From the NCBI GenBank assembly GCA_965261085.1, contig OZ253442.1, positions 4,160,001 to 4,224,000 of the forward strand: a stretch of 64,000 nucleotides of DNA, in the 5' to 3' direction. Below the pieces are notes generated by a model, which saw only the letters and a program-made list of their open reading frames with translations, had not been told where the DNA came from and did not search any database. Made by a program: the position numbers and the translations under genes. Below are positions 1 to 9,268 of the stretch, piece after piece (within the stretch, counting starts at the first letter, position 1; each line of letters starts with the position of its first letter). This DNA comes from a bacterium. GTDB taxonomy: Bacteria; UBA8248.

Positions 1-913
1 AAACGCGCCCGCCACGGTGGAGAACATCGCCATAAACGCCGTGATGGCGGGGTGTAAGCCTGAATACCTGCCCGTGCTCATCGCCGCCGTGCAGGCCATG
101 ACGGAGCCCGCCTACAACCTCTACGGCCGCCAGACGACCACCCACCCGGGCGCGCACCTGATGATCGTCCACGGGCCTGCCCGGAACGAACTGGAAGTCA
201 ACTGCCGCCAGAACGTGTTCGGCCAGGGCCGGCGCGCCAACGCGACGCTCGGGCGCGCGGTGAGGCTCCTGATGATGAACGTGGGCGGCGGCATCCCCGG
301 CGTGACGGACATGGCCACACACGGGCATCCGGGCAAATACTCCTACACCATCGGCGAAGACGAGGAGGGAAGCCCCTGGCCGGCCTTTCACGTCGACAGG
401 GGGCTTGCGCCCGACATCTCCGCCGTCACCATGCTCTGCGCCGAGTCGCCCCACAACGTCAACGATCTGGTGAGCAAGACGGCCCATAAGTATCTCGGCA
501 CCGCGGCTTCGGCCATGAGTCACTTAGGCGCGAACGGCGTCTACCGGAGCGGGCTGCCGAGCGAGCAGATGCTCGTCCTGACCGCCGAGGCGGCCACATG
601 GCTTTCGGATCAGGGGTGGACGAAGGCCGACGTATCCCAGTTCATCTTCGAGACGGCGCGCCAGCCGATTCGCCTCATGCGTGATCGCGGCGGCTTCGAC
701 ATGACGCCGCTCGCTCCTTTCGTGAACATCGAGGAGGATGAAGACATGGCCCCCATCGTCCCGAGGCCGGAAGACATCCTCATCGTCATAGCCGGCGGCC
801 ACGGACGCCACATGCAGGCCGTCCTCACGGCGAGCTACAACCTGAGCGTCACCAAGCCCATCACCAGAAAAGACGGAACGCCGGTGGGCTCGGTGCGGGA
901 GTTCGTGGATTGA
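1..913 (+). CDS. 5'-truncated conserved hypothetical protein (ATVEKIAINAVMAGC family, often near thioredoxin-like/UGSC proteins)
   Basis: Frame is open from the window edge (NAPATVENIAINAVMAGCKPEYLPV); conserved RANATLGRA and GHPGKY motifs. Confidence 0.7.
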   Translation, partial: NAPATVENIAINAVMAGCKPEYLPVLIAAVQAMTEPAYNLYGRQTTTHPGAHLMIVHGPARNELEVNCRQNVFGQGRRANATLGRAVRLLMMNVGGGIPGVTDMATHGHPGKYSYTIGEDEEGSPWPAFHVDRGLAPDISAVTMLCAESPHNVNDLVSKTAHKYLGTAASAMSHLGANGVYRSGLPSEQMLVLTAEAATWLSDQGWTKADVSQFIFETARQPIRLMRDRGGFDMTPLAPFVNIEEDEDMAPIVPRPEDILIVIAGGHGRHMQAVLTASYNLSVTKPITRKDGTPVGSVREFVD

Positions 914-931
914 GGGGTACAAGCCTTCGGC

Positions 932-1423
932 TTACTCATAAGGGAGCATATGCGTCTGGATGACCTCGATGTCGAAGTATCGCTCCATCTGTTTAATCCC
1001 CTGATCATCGGAGTAAATCGTACTTTCATTTTCAGCGAGAGCTACGGCGAGGATTTGCCTGTCGTATTTGAGTTGCGCCTTGGTGAACGGAGACTGGGAT
1101 TCGAATATTCGGTTGTCGTGAATTTTCTGTGTGACATGGACGAGTTTTTTGACGGCGTCTATATCAAAATCCACAATCTGAAAGTGGCGGGACTGCTGCA
1201 GCATAGATATCCATTCGTCTATCTGTCCTTTCGCAATAACCAGAACTTCGGCCAATGCGGGGGTGGGTATAACGATTGTTTGAGATTTGGATTCAATATC
1301 CCGGATGAGACGTTCAATCCGCTGGCTGACATTGGCGAGCGGCTCTCCGGTGGCGGGGTCATTGGGAGGCTTGGCGTTCGGCTGCACCAAAAACATGAGA
1401 GTCGTTGAATCGAATTCCGGCAT
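932..1423 (-). CDS. PIN-domain (VapC-like) toxin
   Basis: FDSTTL N-terminal Asp, IVIPTPALAEVL, KYDRQILAVA and IYSDD acidic motifs; lower GC than flanks. Confidence 0.75.
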   Translation of the reverse strand: MPEFDSTTLMFLVQPNAKPPNDPATGEPLANVSQRIERLIRDIESKSQTIVIPTPALAEVLVIAKGQIDEWISMLQQSRHFQIVDFDIDAVKKLVHVTQKIHDNRIFESQSPFTKAQLKYDRQILAVALAENESTIYSDDQGIKQMERYFDIEVIQTHMLPYE

Positions 1424-1641
1424 TACTTTTTGATCTCGACGCCTCGTTCCCTCATGAGTTCGGTATACGGGTCATCGACGCCATCGAACAACCCCAGGTC
1501 TCTCATTTTGTTGACTACCGAATCGAGCGATTCTTCGGCGGATTCAGGCCCGATGTTCATATTTCCATTTTCTTGAATGTAGTCTTCGTTCTCAGCGACA
1601 AATTCAAGATTCGTTTTTTCTTCCCGATTTTTATCGTCCAT
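1423..1641 (-). CDS. Small acidic protein, probable antitoxin partner of the PIN gene
   Basis: AAGGAG RBS before ATG 1641; TAATG overlap with the PIN gene start. Confidence 0.55.
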   Translation of the reverse strand: MDDKNREEKTNLEFVAENEDYIQENGNMNIGPESAEESLDSVVNKMRDLGLFDGVDDPYTELMRERGVEIKK

Positions 1642-1749
1642 CGCCCTCTCCTTGAACTCGATTATCCAGGAAACGGGAAACTCATTCAAGTGAGAGATTT
1701 TTTGCGTTCTACGTCAACCGGGCTCCTTTTCGAATTAAATTCATCCCCC

Positions 1750-3123
1750 CTACCCCCCCAGCTTCATGCCGAACTGGCTCGCGATGTGGGTGATGAGCTT
1801 GCCTGCGGCCTCATCGCTCACCCAGCCGCGCGCGGTCGCCGTTTCGAGCGCGGTGCTCACGCGCAAAAGCGCCTGGGATATCTTCTCGGTATCGCGGACG
1901 GATATCTCCGGCATAACGGGGGAGACGCCCGAGCGCAGCGCCTCTTCGGGCAACACGCCCGCGCGGTGGGCTTCCTCTAACTGCTTGTCGGCCATGGCCT
2001 GTAGAATGTGGCGCACGGTGCGCTGGCGGCGCGTCATCTTCTTGAGCGTGGGCTGATCCATCGATTCGGCGGAGGCGCGGTTCACGTCCTCTCCCTGGGC
2101 GAACCAGTGGGAAGGGATGCCCACGCCACCCAGGAGAAGGCCCCGCATCATCTTGGCGATGCCCTGCGCGCCGGTTTCTCCACCTTTCAAATCAGGCGAG
2201 ACGGCCTGCCACTCCTCTTTTTCGTTGTGTACGCGCACGCTCGAGGGCTTGGGCGCGACGCCGTTCTCGGAAAGCCACTCGGCTATCTTCTCGGGGCCTG
2301 CGCCTTTTAAGGTGACGTCGTAGATGAAGCTGTTCTGGAGGCGCGCGCGCTCCACGGCGTCGAAGATGAAGCGCTCATAGGTGTCTATCCAGTCGATGGC
2401 GGCGAGCAGGTCCGATGCCCCGCGAGCGGCGTCACTCGCCTTGTTGATCTGGAACAAAAACGCCTCCCCGTCCGTAAAGCGCGCACGCTCCCTCTGGGCG
2501 GATGCGCTCAGATAACCGCGCGGGTCGCCGCCAAGGACCGTCCTGACCCGCTTGCCCTTGCGCGCCGCCCCGCCCGGTCCTTCGGCGCGCAGGACGACCC
2601 CGATGGGCAAGGCGCAGTTGTCCGGATCCATCACCACCTCTTCTATCAGGCGGGGGCTGACGTAGCCCAGCCGGACGCGCCCCTCGAAGCGCGAGACGGC
2701 GACCGGCAGGAGAAGTTCACCGAAAATGCCGAGTTCAGAGACCAGCCGCTCGAAGCGGATATCCATCTGGTTCACGGGATCGCCCCAGAACGCCTTCACG
2801 ACGCGCAGGGCGCGCTCATCCTCCCCGTGCCAGCTTATTCCCTCGCCCACGACGTGATCGGTCACGATTTCGATCAGGCGCTGGCCCATCAGGTTGGTGA
2901 GCCACAATTCGTGCGCCAAGGCCTGCATGCGCGCGTGCGTGTGGGGAGATACACCGCCCCGCCCCTCACCCAGGGGCCGCCAGATTCTCTCATCCGGATC
3001 TATCTCGGCGCTCATGCGCCCTGAACGCTGCGCGGCCGCTTTCACTCGCGCCGCATCCCCTTTGTTCCCGGATCCCCTCTCCCGCCTGGGAGCCTTCACG
3101 CTCTTTGCTTTCTCCATCTTCAT
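1750..3123 (-). CDS. Phage portal protein
   Basis: About 455 aa directly after terminase; portal-type motifs (IFGELLLPV, RGASDLLAAIDWID, GIPSHWF, VNRASAESM). Real start may be ATG 3117 by RBS spacing. Confidence 0.8.
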   Translation of the reverse strand: MKMEKAKSVKAPRRERGSGNKGDAARVKAAAQRSGRMSAEIDPDERIWRPLGEGRGGVSPHTHARMQALAHELWLTNLMGQRLIEIVTDHVVGEGISWHGEDERALRVVKAFWGDPVNQMDIRFERLVSELGIFGELLLPVAVSRFEGRVRLGYVSPRLIEEVVMDPDNCALPIGVVLRAEGPGGAARKGKRVRTVLGGDPRGYLSASAQRERARFTDGEAFLFQINKASDAARGASDLLAAIDWIDTYERFIFDAVERARLQNSFIYDVTLKGAGPEKIAEWLSENGVAPKPSSVRVHNEKEEWQAVSPDLKGGETGAQGIAKMMRGLLLGGVGIPSHWFAQGEDVNRASAESMDQPTLKKMTRRQRTVRHILQAMADKQLEEAHRAGVLPEEALRSGVSPVMPEISVRDTEKISQALLRVSTALETATARGWVSDEAAGKLITHIASQFGMKLGG

Positions 3124-3767
3124 CTCCTCCTGAGCATCCGCTGATCAAAAGACTGCGGAACCACCGTTCCCCCGGCGAGGGGGGCCAGTATTCCCTCGCT
3201 CCGCGCCAGGGATTCGGCCAGCCGCGCATAGGCGCAGGCGAAGCCGAAGTGGTTCTCGTTTCGCTCATACGCCAGCACCGTCTCCCCGGAGGAGCGGATG
3301 CGCGGCTTTTTCCTCAAATTCATCAGATGACGCTCCACCTCGTTCAGGAGCGCCTCCTCATTGGTGTCCTTTGGATTCGGCAGCAAGACCCGCCCGGCCC
3401 CCTCATGGAACTCCTCCACGAGGTGATCGAGAAGGTCCTCGCGGTTCATCCGCACATGGCGGCGCTCGACGCCCAAAAACGAGACGTCCTTGGTCTGCAT
3501 TTCGCCCTCGGTGTGCCGCCAGATGAAGCCGCCCTCGGGGTTCAAGTCGTACACCGCGCGCGCGGCCTGGGTGTGGGGTCCGCCGTCGACCACGAACGCC
3601 TCCACGCCCAAGCCAGAAAATATCGCGCGGCACCGCTCGATGAGCCGCTCGATGGGCGGCGCCTCAAAATAAATCCACCTGGCGTGCCGGTACTCCCCGC
3701 GCTCGCGCACCGCGACCGCGCAAACATCCCCCGTATCGATACCGCAGAAGCGATGGCGCGCGCTCAT
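3120..3767 (-). CDS. Terminase large subunit, C-terminal nuclease domain as a separate ORF
   Basis: FCGIDTGD, FVVDGGP and ENHFGFACAY RNase H-like terminase motifs; GGAGG-7nt-ATG; ATGA overlap with the upstream ORF. Confidence 0.75.
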   Translation of the reverse strand: MSARHRFCGIDTGDVCAVAVRERGEYRHARWIYFEAPPIERLIERCRAIFSGLGVEAFVVDGGPHTQAARAVYDLNPEGGFIWRHTEGEMQTKDVSFLGVERRHVRMNREDLLDHLVEEFHEGAGRVLLPNPKDTNEEALLNEVERHLMNLRKKPRIRSSGETVLAYERNENHFGFACAYARLAESLARSEGILAPLAGGTVVPQSFDQRMLRRR

Positions 3768-4840
3768 GCGGGCGCCTCCGCCAGGCGATAGGGCGCGGCG
3801 TCGCGCAGCGTTCTGAGCAATTCGCGGGAGATCGGCTGGGTATCGCCCGCATCGGGGGTGGCGAGCGTGGAGCAGCGAAAGCGCGCCTTTTCGCTCGGAA
3901 GACCGGCGGCGGCCCATTTCGCCGTGATCCGATCGAGGCGCACCGCGCCGACCGCAAGCTGGGAGAGGCGATAGCTCCTGTGCCGGGGCTTCACTCGCGC
4001 GGCCTCCCACCGCCCCGCTCCCCTGTCGAGCGCGCCGCCACAGTCCGGGCACGCGAGGCCGCCTGCGCGCAGGATACCGGGCCAGTTCTCCTCCATGACG
4101 CTCTCTTTTCGGCACGCGGGACACCTCACATGCCAGCGCCTCCGGTCCCCGCCCTCGTACATGGCGTGAATGCCCGCGCCGGGGGTTCTCCCCACGGCGA
4201 GATTGAGCGTCAGGGCGAGGGGCGAGGCGTCGATGCGGTCGTTCGACCACTTGAGATTATCCGGCGGGAGATCGTCCACCTCGTCTCTGATCAGGACGTC
4301 GAGCGGAATCGAGATGGCGTTGCCGATGTCCTTGAGACCCAGAATGTACAAAAACCGCGAGCCCCCGCGGCCGGGGAACTCCTTTAAGCCCTTGGGCGAT
4401 GCGCCCCGGTATTTCCCCTCGCGCATGATTGAAGCGATTCTTTCGCCCCTGAGCGCCGGGCGCACGCGCGTCTGATCGAAGCGGTCGGCGAAATCCTGAT
4501 CGGGCAGAAAATAGCCCACGTTCAGGCGGTGGACGATGACGCAGTAAAACGCAAAGCCTATTGCGAGGGTTGTCATGCCCACCTGCGCGCCCTTCAAGAC
4601 GCTGATGGTCTGATCGGGCGTGCGGTTTTTCAGAACTTCATCGAGGACGGCAGTGGGTTCTGAGAGCGCCTCTCTGCCTTCGAAGGTGAACACGCCCTTG
4701 TCGGTCGACATCTCGCTCGCAAGAAATCGCCCCAGCCCGCGCCCCTCCCCCGAAAAGCGCGAAGACCCCCCGGCGGCGAGGACCATGCCGGGCGTTCGGA
4801 TGATTTTTCGGGGCTTGCGCAAAACCGGAACTCCTCCCAC
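3764..4840 (-). CDS. Terminase large subunit ATPase domain (lambda GpA-like)
   Basis: KGAQVGMTT (GpA-type Walker A), LIRDEVD Walker B, GDRRRWHVRCPAC and CPDCG Zn motifs. Start uncertain (4840/4822/4786). Confidence 0.8.
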   Translation of the reverse strand: MGGVPVLRKPRKIIRTPGMVLAAGGSSRFSGEGRGLGRFLASEMSTDKGVFTFEGREALSEPTAVLDEVLKNRTPDQTISVLKGAQVGMTTLAIGFAFYCVIVHRLNVGYFLPDQDFADRFDQTRVRPALRGERIASIMREGKYRGASPKGLKEFPGRGGSRFLYILGLKDIGNAISIPLDVLIRDEVDDLPPDNLKWSNDRIDASPLALTLNLAVGRTPGAGIHAMYEGGDRRRWHVRCPACRKESVMEENWPGILRAGGLACPDCGGALDRGAGRWEAARVKPRHRSYRLSQLAVGAVRLDRITAKWAAAGLPSEKARFRCSTLATPDAGDTQPISRELLRTLRDAAPYRLAEAPA

Positions 4841-4873
4841 TCGAGGATGCCATACGCATCCTCATGGGGGAGG

Positions 4874-4925
4874 AATATAGGGGATGGGACCTGTGAACCT
4901 CGCCGCGCAAATGCGGGGAAATGCG
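4874..4925 (-). promoter_or_regulatory. Shared phage-module promoter, copy A (upstream of terminase)
   Basis: Minus strand CGCATTTCCCCGCAT-N31-TATATT; same spacing as copies at 20404 and 22200. Confidence 0.65.
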
Positions 4926-4935
4926 CGCTCAGGCT

Positions 4936-5421
4936 TTAATCGCGCATGTTCTCGAACTGGAGCGCGAACTTCAGGTTCAGCCCCCGGCAGAGGGACATCA
5001 CCTCCTGGAGGTCGTCCCGCTTCTTGCCGCTCACTCTCAGCTGATCCCCTTGAATCGCGACTTGAACCTTCATTTTCGTCGCCTTCACCTTCTTTACGAT
5101 CTCACGCGCCGCGTCCTGGTCCACCCCTTGCTGCACGATGAGGGTCTGCCTGAGCGCCCCGCCCGAGGCGGATTCCGGCTCCTTGAATTCAATGGCGCGC
5201 AGGTCCACCTTCCGCCTCGTGAAATAGGTGTTCACCAGATCGTGCATCTGCCTGAGCTTGAAGTCATCATCGGCCAGCAGGGTGATGACCTCTTCTTTTC
5301 GCTCCAGCGCGCATTTCGACCCCTTGAAATCGAAACGCTGGGTAATCTCCCGGCGCACGCCGTTGATCGCATTGTCGACTTCCTGTAAATCCGTCCTTGA
5401 AACGATGTCGAATGAAGGCAT
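4936..5421 (-). CDS. yajQ: YajQ family nucleotide/c-di-GMP-binding protein
   Basis: MPSFDIVS...RFDFKGSK...IQGDQLRVSGKKRDDLQ signature. Confidence 0.95.
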   Translation of the reverse strand: MPSFDIVSRTDLQEVDNAINGVRREITQRFDFKGSKCALERKEEVITLLADDDFKLRQMHDLVNTYFTRRKVDLRAIEFKEPESASGGALRQTLIVQQGVDQDAAREIVKKVKATKMKVQVAIQGDQLRVSGKKRDDLQEVMSLCRGLNLKFALQFENMRD

Positions 5422-5631
5422 ATGGTTCGCAAAGCTCCTCTAGAAATCGGGCGCATGCTACACACCCGGGGCTACTGATGGTATAGTGAGGGGGTACACT
5501 TATCCAACGCCCAGGATTGTTCTGGAGACGATTTAGGGATTCTTCCTCCATGAAGAATCCCTATTTTCCTTGACTCAATAGCTGGCTCCGACGCCCTCCG
5601 GGGCGCGAAACCATCGAACGGAGATTAGTGT

Positions 5632-5769
5632 ATGCGTCGAATCACGGCGATTATCAAGCCCGAAGACGTCGGGAGAGCACCAACCGGGTGCGGCGGCGAT
5701 GATGAAATTTCCATCCACGCGGCGGAAGACGGCATTCGAACCGGCGAGCGCGCGAGGCCGCCGTCTTAA
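5632..5769 (+). pseudogene. glnK: Internally deleted P-II gene relic
   Basis: GGAG RBS; 45-aa ORF MRRITAIIKPEDV...GDDEISIHAAEDGIRTGER joins P-II N- and C-terminal motifs; immediately upstream of amtB. Confidence 0.75.
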
Positions 5770-5829
5770 ATCTGAATCAAAACATTTTTTCGATTCATTA
5801 CCCGATGCACTTAAAGGGAGGTTCAAGAA

Positions 5830-7119
5830 ATGAAACGCTTTTTGTTGGTCCTTTGGGCCACGGCGCTCACCCTGGCTCCGGGGGTCGCATTCGCGGCACA
5901 GGCCCAAAAGCTCGATACCGGGAACACCGCCTGGATTCTGACGTCGACCGCTCTCGTCCTTTTCATGACGCTTCCGGGCCTCTCGCTGTTCTACGGCGGC
6001 CTCGTACGCGCGAAAAATGTTCTCTCGGTGCTGATGCAGTGCTTCACCATCGCCTGCGCCGTTTCCATCGTCTGGCTCGTCGTCGGCTACAGCCTGGTGT
6101 TCGAGGCCGGCAACGCCTTCATCGGCGGACTGGGCAAGGCGTTTTTCGCGGGCGTGGGCGTGGATTCGCTCTCGGGCAACATTCCCGAGACGGTCTTCGC
6201 CATGTTCCAGCTTACCTTCGCCATCATAACGCCCGCGCTGATCGTGGGCAGCTTCGCCGAGCGGATGCGCTTCTCCGCCCTTCTGATTTTCTCCGTCGTC
6301 TGGGTCGTGGTCGTCTACGCCCCCGTGGCCCACTGGGTGTGGGGCGGGGGATGGCTCGGCGCGATGGGCGCGCTCGATTTCGCGGGCGGCACCGTGGTGC
6401 ACATCAACTCAGGCATCGCTGCTCTGGTGGCCGCCATGCTGATCGGCCAGAGACACGGCTTTCCCAACACGGCCATACTGCCCCATAACCTGCCCATGGC
6501 GGTGACGGGCGCGGGCATCCTGTGGGTGGGCTGGTTCGGCTTCAACGCAGGCAGCGCGCTGGCGGCCGACGGCACGGCGGGCATGGCCATGCTCGTGACC
6601 CACATCTCCTCGGCAGCCGGCGCCCTCGCGTGGATGTGCGCCGAATGGATAAAACACGGAAAAGCGAGCGTACTCGGCATCGCCACGGGCATGGTGGCGG
6701 GCCTCGTCGGCATCACGCCAGCATCGGGCTTCGTGGGGCCGATGGGCGCGCTGCTGCTCGGCGCGATAGCGGGCCTGGGCTGCTACGCCGCCACCAACTA
6801 CATGAAGCAGGTGCTTAAGATAGACGACTCACTCGACGTGTTCACCGTGCACGGCGTCGGCGGTATCATCGGCGCGATACTCACCGGCGTATTCGCCGCC
6901 AAGGGATTCGGCGGCGTCGGCTTCGCCGATGGCGTCAGCATGGGCGGGCAGGTCTGGGTTCAGATAATCAGCGTCGTCGCCACGCTCGTCTATTCGGGCG
7001 TCGTCTCCTTCATCCTGCTCAAAATCGTGGACGCCATGGTGGGCTTGAGGGCCGACGCCAACGAGGAATCGGGCGGTCTCGACCTCACGATGCACAACGA
7101 ATCGGCCTACGAACGCTAG
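5830..7119 (+). CDS. amtB: Ammonium transporter
   Basis: DTGNTAW, FYGGLVR, DFAGGTVVH, WFGFNAGS and DDSLDVFTVHG motifs; GGAGG RBS. Confidence 0.97.
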   Translation: MKRFLLVLWATALTLAPGVAFAAQAQKLDTGNTAWILTSTALVLFMTLPGLSLFYGGLVRAKNVLSVLMQCFTIACAVSIVWLVVGYSLVFEAGNAFIGGLGKAFFAGVGVDSLSGNIPETVFAMFQLTFAIITPALIVGSFAERMRFSALLIFSVVWVVVVYAPVAHWVWGGGWLGAMGALDFAGGTVVHINSGIAALVAAMLIGQRHGFPNTAILPHNLPMAVTGAGILWVGWFGFNAGSALAADGTAGMAMLVTHISSAAGALAWMCAEWIKHGKASVLGIATGMVAGLVGITPASGFVGPMGALLLGAIAGLGCYAATNYMKQVLKIDDSLDVFTVHGVGGIIGAILTGVFAAKGFGGVGFADGVSMGGQVWVQIISVVATLVYSGVVSFILLKIVDAMVGLRADANEESGGLDLTMHNESAYER

Positions 7120-7128
7120 GCCGTACAC

Positions 7129-7159
7129 AAAAAGACCCCGGGGCTAAGTCCCCGGGGTC
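7129..7159. terminator. Intrinsic terminator between convergent amtB and cyclase genes
   Basis: GACCCCGGGG-ctaagt-CCCCGGGGTC hairpin preceded by an A-tract (U-tail on minus strand). Confidence 0.75.
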
Positions 7160-7278
7160 GCGCGTTCCCGTGAACGTGCAACTTCCCCGAGAGGGGGAGG
7201 CGCGAAAAACCCTCTACGGAATTCCGATTGAAAAGATGATTCCCGGCGGCGGCCAGAAGCCGCATCAGAAGCCTCGGC

Positions 7279-9126
7279 TTATGACGCTGCGGCGGACCCC
7301 CTGATTCGCTCGAAATACGCCTTGGCGTCATCGGGCAGGGAGGTGAAGCGCAGCATCAGCCGTTTCCCGTCCGCCTCCACGACTTTCGCGTAGATATCGG
7401 AAACCTCCGCTTCTTCCGCCACCCGCAGCATCAGGTTCGCGTTCCTCTCAAAGGGGGCTTTCGCCTCCACGTCCATACAGTTCTCTGATGCGCGCTTGAT
7501 TGCCGCGCCCACCGCTTCATCCGACACCGTCTTGCCCTCGACAGCGAACATCCGCACCTCGATCGGCGAGACGAGCTCCACGAACGCCTCGGGCGCGGCT
7601 TCGGGCATCTCGCACGCATAAGGCCCCGACATGCCCCGCACCTCGTATACGCGAACCGGCTCATCCAGCCCCTTGAAACGCAGGTCCTGCGTCTCACCCA
7701 CCTGAACGAATTCCGCCGTCTTGGCGTGCGTCTCGGGACTGATGAGCACCTGCCCGCTCACGGTGTGGGACTCGATGCGGTAGGCCATGTTGATGGCCGT
7801 GCCCATTGCGCCGTACTTGGTGCGCTTCTCCGAACCGATGTTGCCGACGATCACCTCGCCCGTGTTGATGCCGACGCCCATGTGAAGCTCGGCCATGCCG
7901 TGCGCGCCCTGCTCTTCGTTTATCTTTACCAGCGCGCGCTGCATCTCCACGGCGCAGGTCACCGCCCGGGCCGGGTCGTCGGGGGCGGCGAGCGGCGCTC
8001 CGAAAAACGCGAGAATCCCGTCGCCCTGGAACTCGTCCACCGTGCCTTTGTACTTGGTGATGATATCCACCATCGGCTCGAGGAAGCGGTTCACCACCTC
8101 GATGACCTCCGCAGGCGCAAGGCGCGAGGAAAGCGCGGTGAACCCCCTGAGATCCGAAACGAGAAACGTCACCTCGCGCACCTCGCCGCCGAGCTTCAGG
8201 CCATCGGGCGAGTTCAAGAGTTCATCCACTATCTCCTCGCTGATGTAGCGCCCGAAGGTGTCGCGGATGAAATCGCGCTGCTTCAAGCCCTCGATCATGC
8301 CCTCGAAAGAGGTGGCCAGACGGCCCACCTCGTCGTGGCTCCTCTTCGCGGGAAGCGTGACGTCGAGGTTCCCCTGGCTCACTTCTTCCGCCGCGGACGT
8401 CAAGTTTCTGAGCAGGCGCAGCATTCTCGTTGAAGCCACCCAGAAGAGGATGAGGCCCAGGGCGATCAGGATGATCGTGAAGCGGAGCAGTTTGAAGGTG
8501 TTCGTCGCCACCTGTTCGGCCACGAGGTTCGCGACCTTGTTGAGCACCAGGATGGCCACCACCTTGCCGTTCAGCTTGAGCGGCGTGTTGAGTTGTAAGA
8601 ACTTGTCGAACTCGCGGTCCCCCACCTTTCCGCCAAAGAGCCGGGAGCGCATCATCTCGCCTTTGTTCCAGGTATCGTTCGTGGCCTTGTAGGTGGCCGG
8701 AAAAAGCCGGTGGATGTGGGCGTCTTGGCCGATTGCGAACCCGTCGTGCCCGGCGGCGACGTATTCGTAGCTGCCGTTCGGCCGTCTGCGCATGATGATG
8801 GCGTTATCCACGCCTGAGTTTTTCCTGATGCGCCGAAGCGCGGCGAGTACTTCCCTGTACTCGACGGTATTCTTGTCGCTCGGTAGTCTCAGGCTGTGAA
8901 CGGCTTCCGCGTCTATCAGAACGGCACCGCGCTCGGCGATGAACTCGAGCTTGGCCGACAGTACGTTGAGTTCGTAATTGTAGCTCGACTGATAGTACCT
9001 GTAGGACATCGGAACGATAGCGACGATGAGAATAATCAAGACAAGGATAAGGCTCTTGAAGACGATCGAACAGTAAAAACGCTGCTTTGCCTGGGTGCTC
9101 GACTCGGGATTGCTGGATTGGGACAT
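7279..9126 (-). CDS. Membrane adenylate/guanylate cyclase (TM-sensor-TM-HAMP-cyclase, C-terminal PilZ-like extension)
   Basis: HAMP (DEVGRLATSF), SDLRGFT, EFQGDGILAFFGAP, GNIGSEKRTKY, NMAYRIE. Start at MSQSS assumed. Confidence 0.9.
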   Translation of the reverse strand: MSQSSNPESSTQAKQRFYCSIVFKSLILVLIILIVAIVPMSYRYYQSSYNYELNVLSAKLEFIAERGAVLIDAEAVHSLRLPSDKNTVEYREVLAALRRIRKNSGVDNAIIMRRRPNGSYEYVAAGHDGFAIGQDAHIHRLFPATYKATNDTWNKGEMMRSRLFGGKVGDREFDKFLQLNTPLKLNGKVVAILVLNKVANLVAEQVATNTFKLLRFTIILIALGLILFWVASTRMLRLLRNLTSAAEEVSQGNLDVTLPAKRSHDEVGRLATSFEGMIEGLKQRDFIRDTFGRYISEEIVDELLNSPDGLKLGGEVREVTFLVSDLRGFTALSSRLAPAEVIEVVNRFLEPMVDIITKYKGTVDEFQGDGILAFFGAPLAAPDDPARAVTCAVEMQRALVKINEEQGAHGMAELHMGVGINTGEVIVGNIGSEKRTKYGAMGTAINMAYRIESHTVSGQVLISPETHAKTAEFVQVGETQDLRFKGLDEPVRVYEVRGMSGPYACEMPEAAPEAFVELVSPIEVRMFAVEGKTVSDEAVGAAIKRASENCMDVEAKAPFERNANLMLRVAEEAEVSDIYAKVVEADGKRLMLRFTSLPDDAKAYFERIRGSAAAS

Positions 9127-9268
9127 CTCGCGTCTCCGGGGCGGCTCCTCAGGCCAGTATACACCAGCGGCGCGGGAGGAAAAGCCGAAAACGAGGAGGA
9201 TATCCACCTCTGGAAACAGGCGGCGAGGCGGCGCTCCTCACCGTTCCAAGACGCCGCAGAAGACCGTC

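Noticed and set aside
3768-4250. N-terminal extension of the 376-aa track ORF
   Set aside because: It overlaps the terminase ATPase in another frame and is Arg/Pro-rich junk; the RBS-led start is at 3767.
5430-5630. Sigma54 promoter for glnK-amtB
   Set aside because: No convincing GG-N10-GC (TGGCAC-N5-TTGC) match found by eye.
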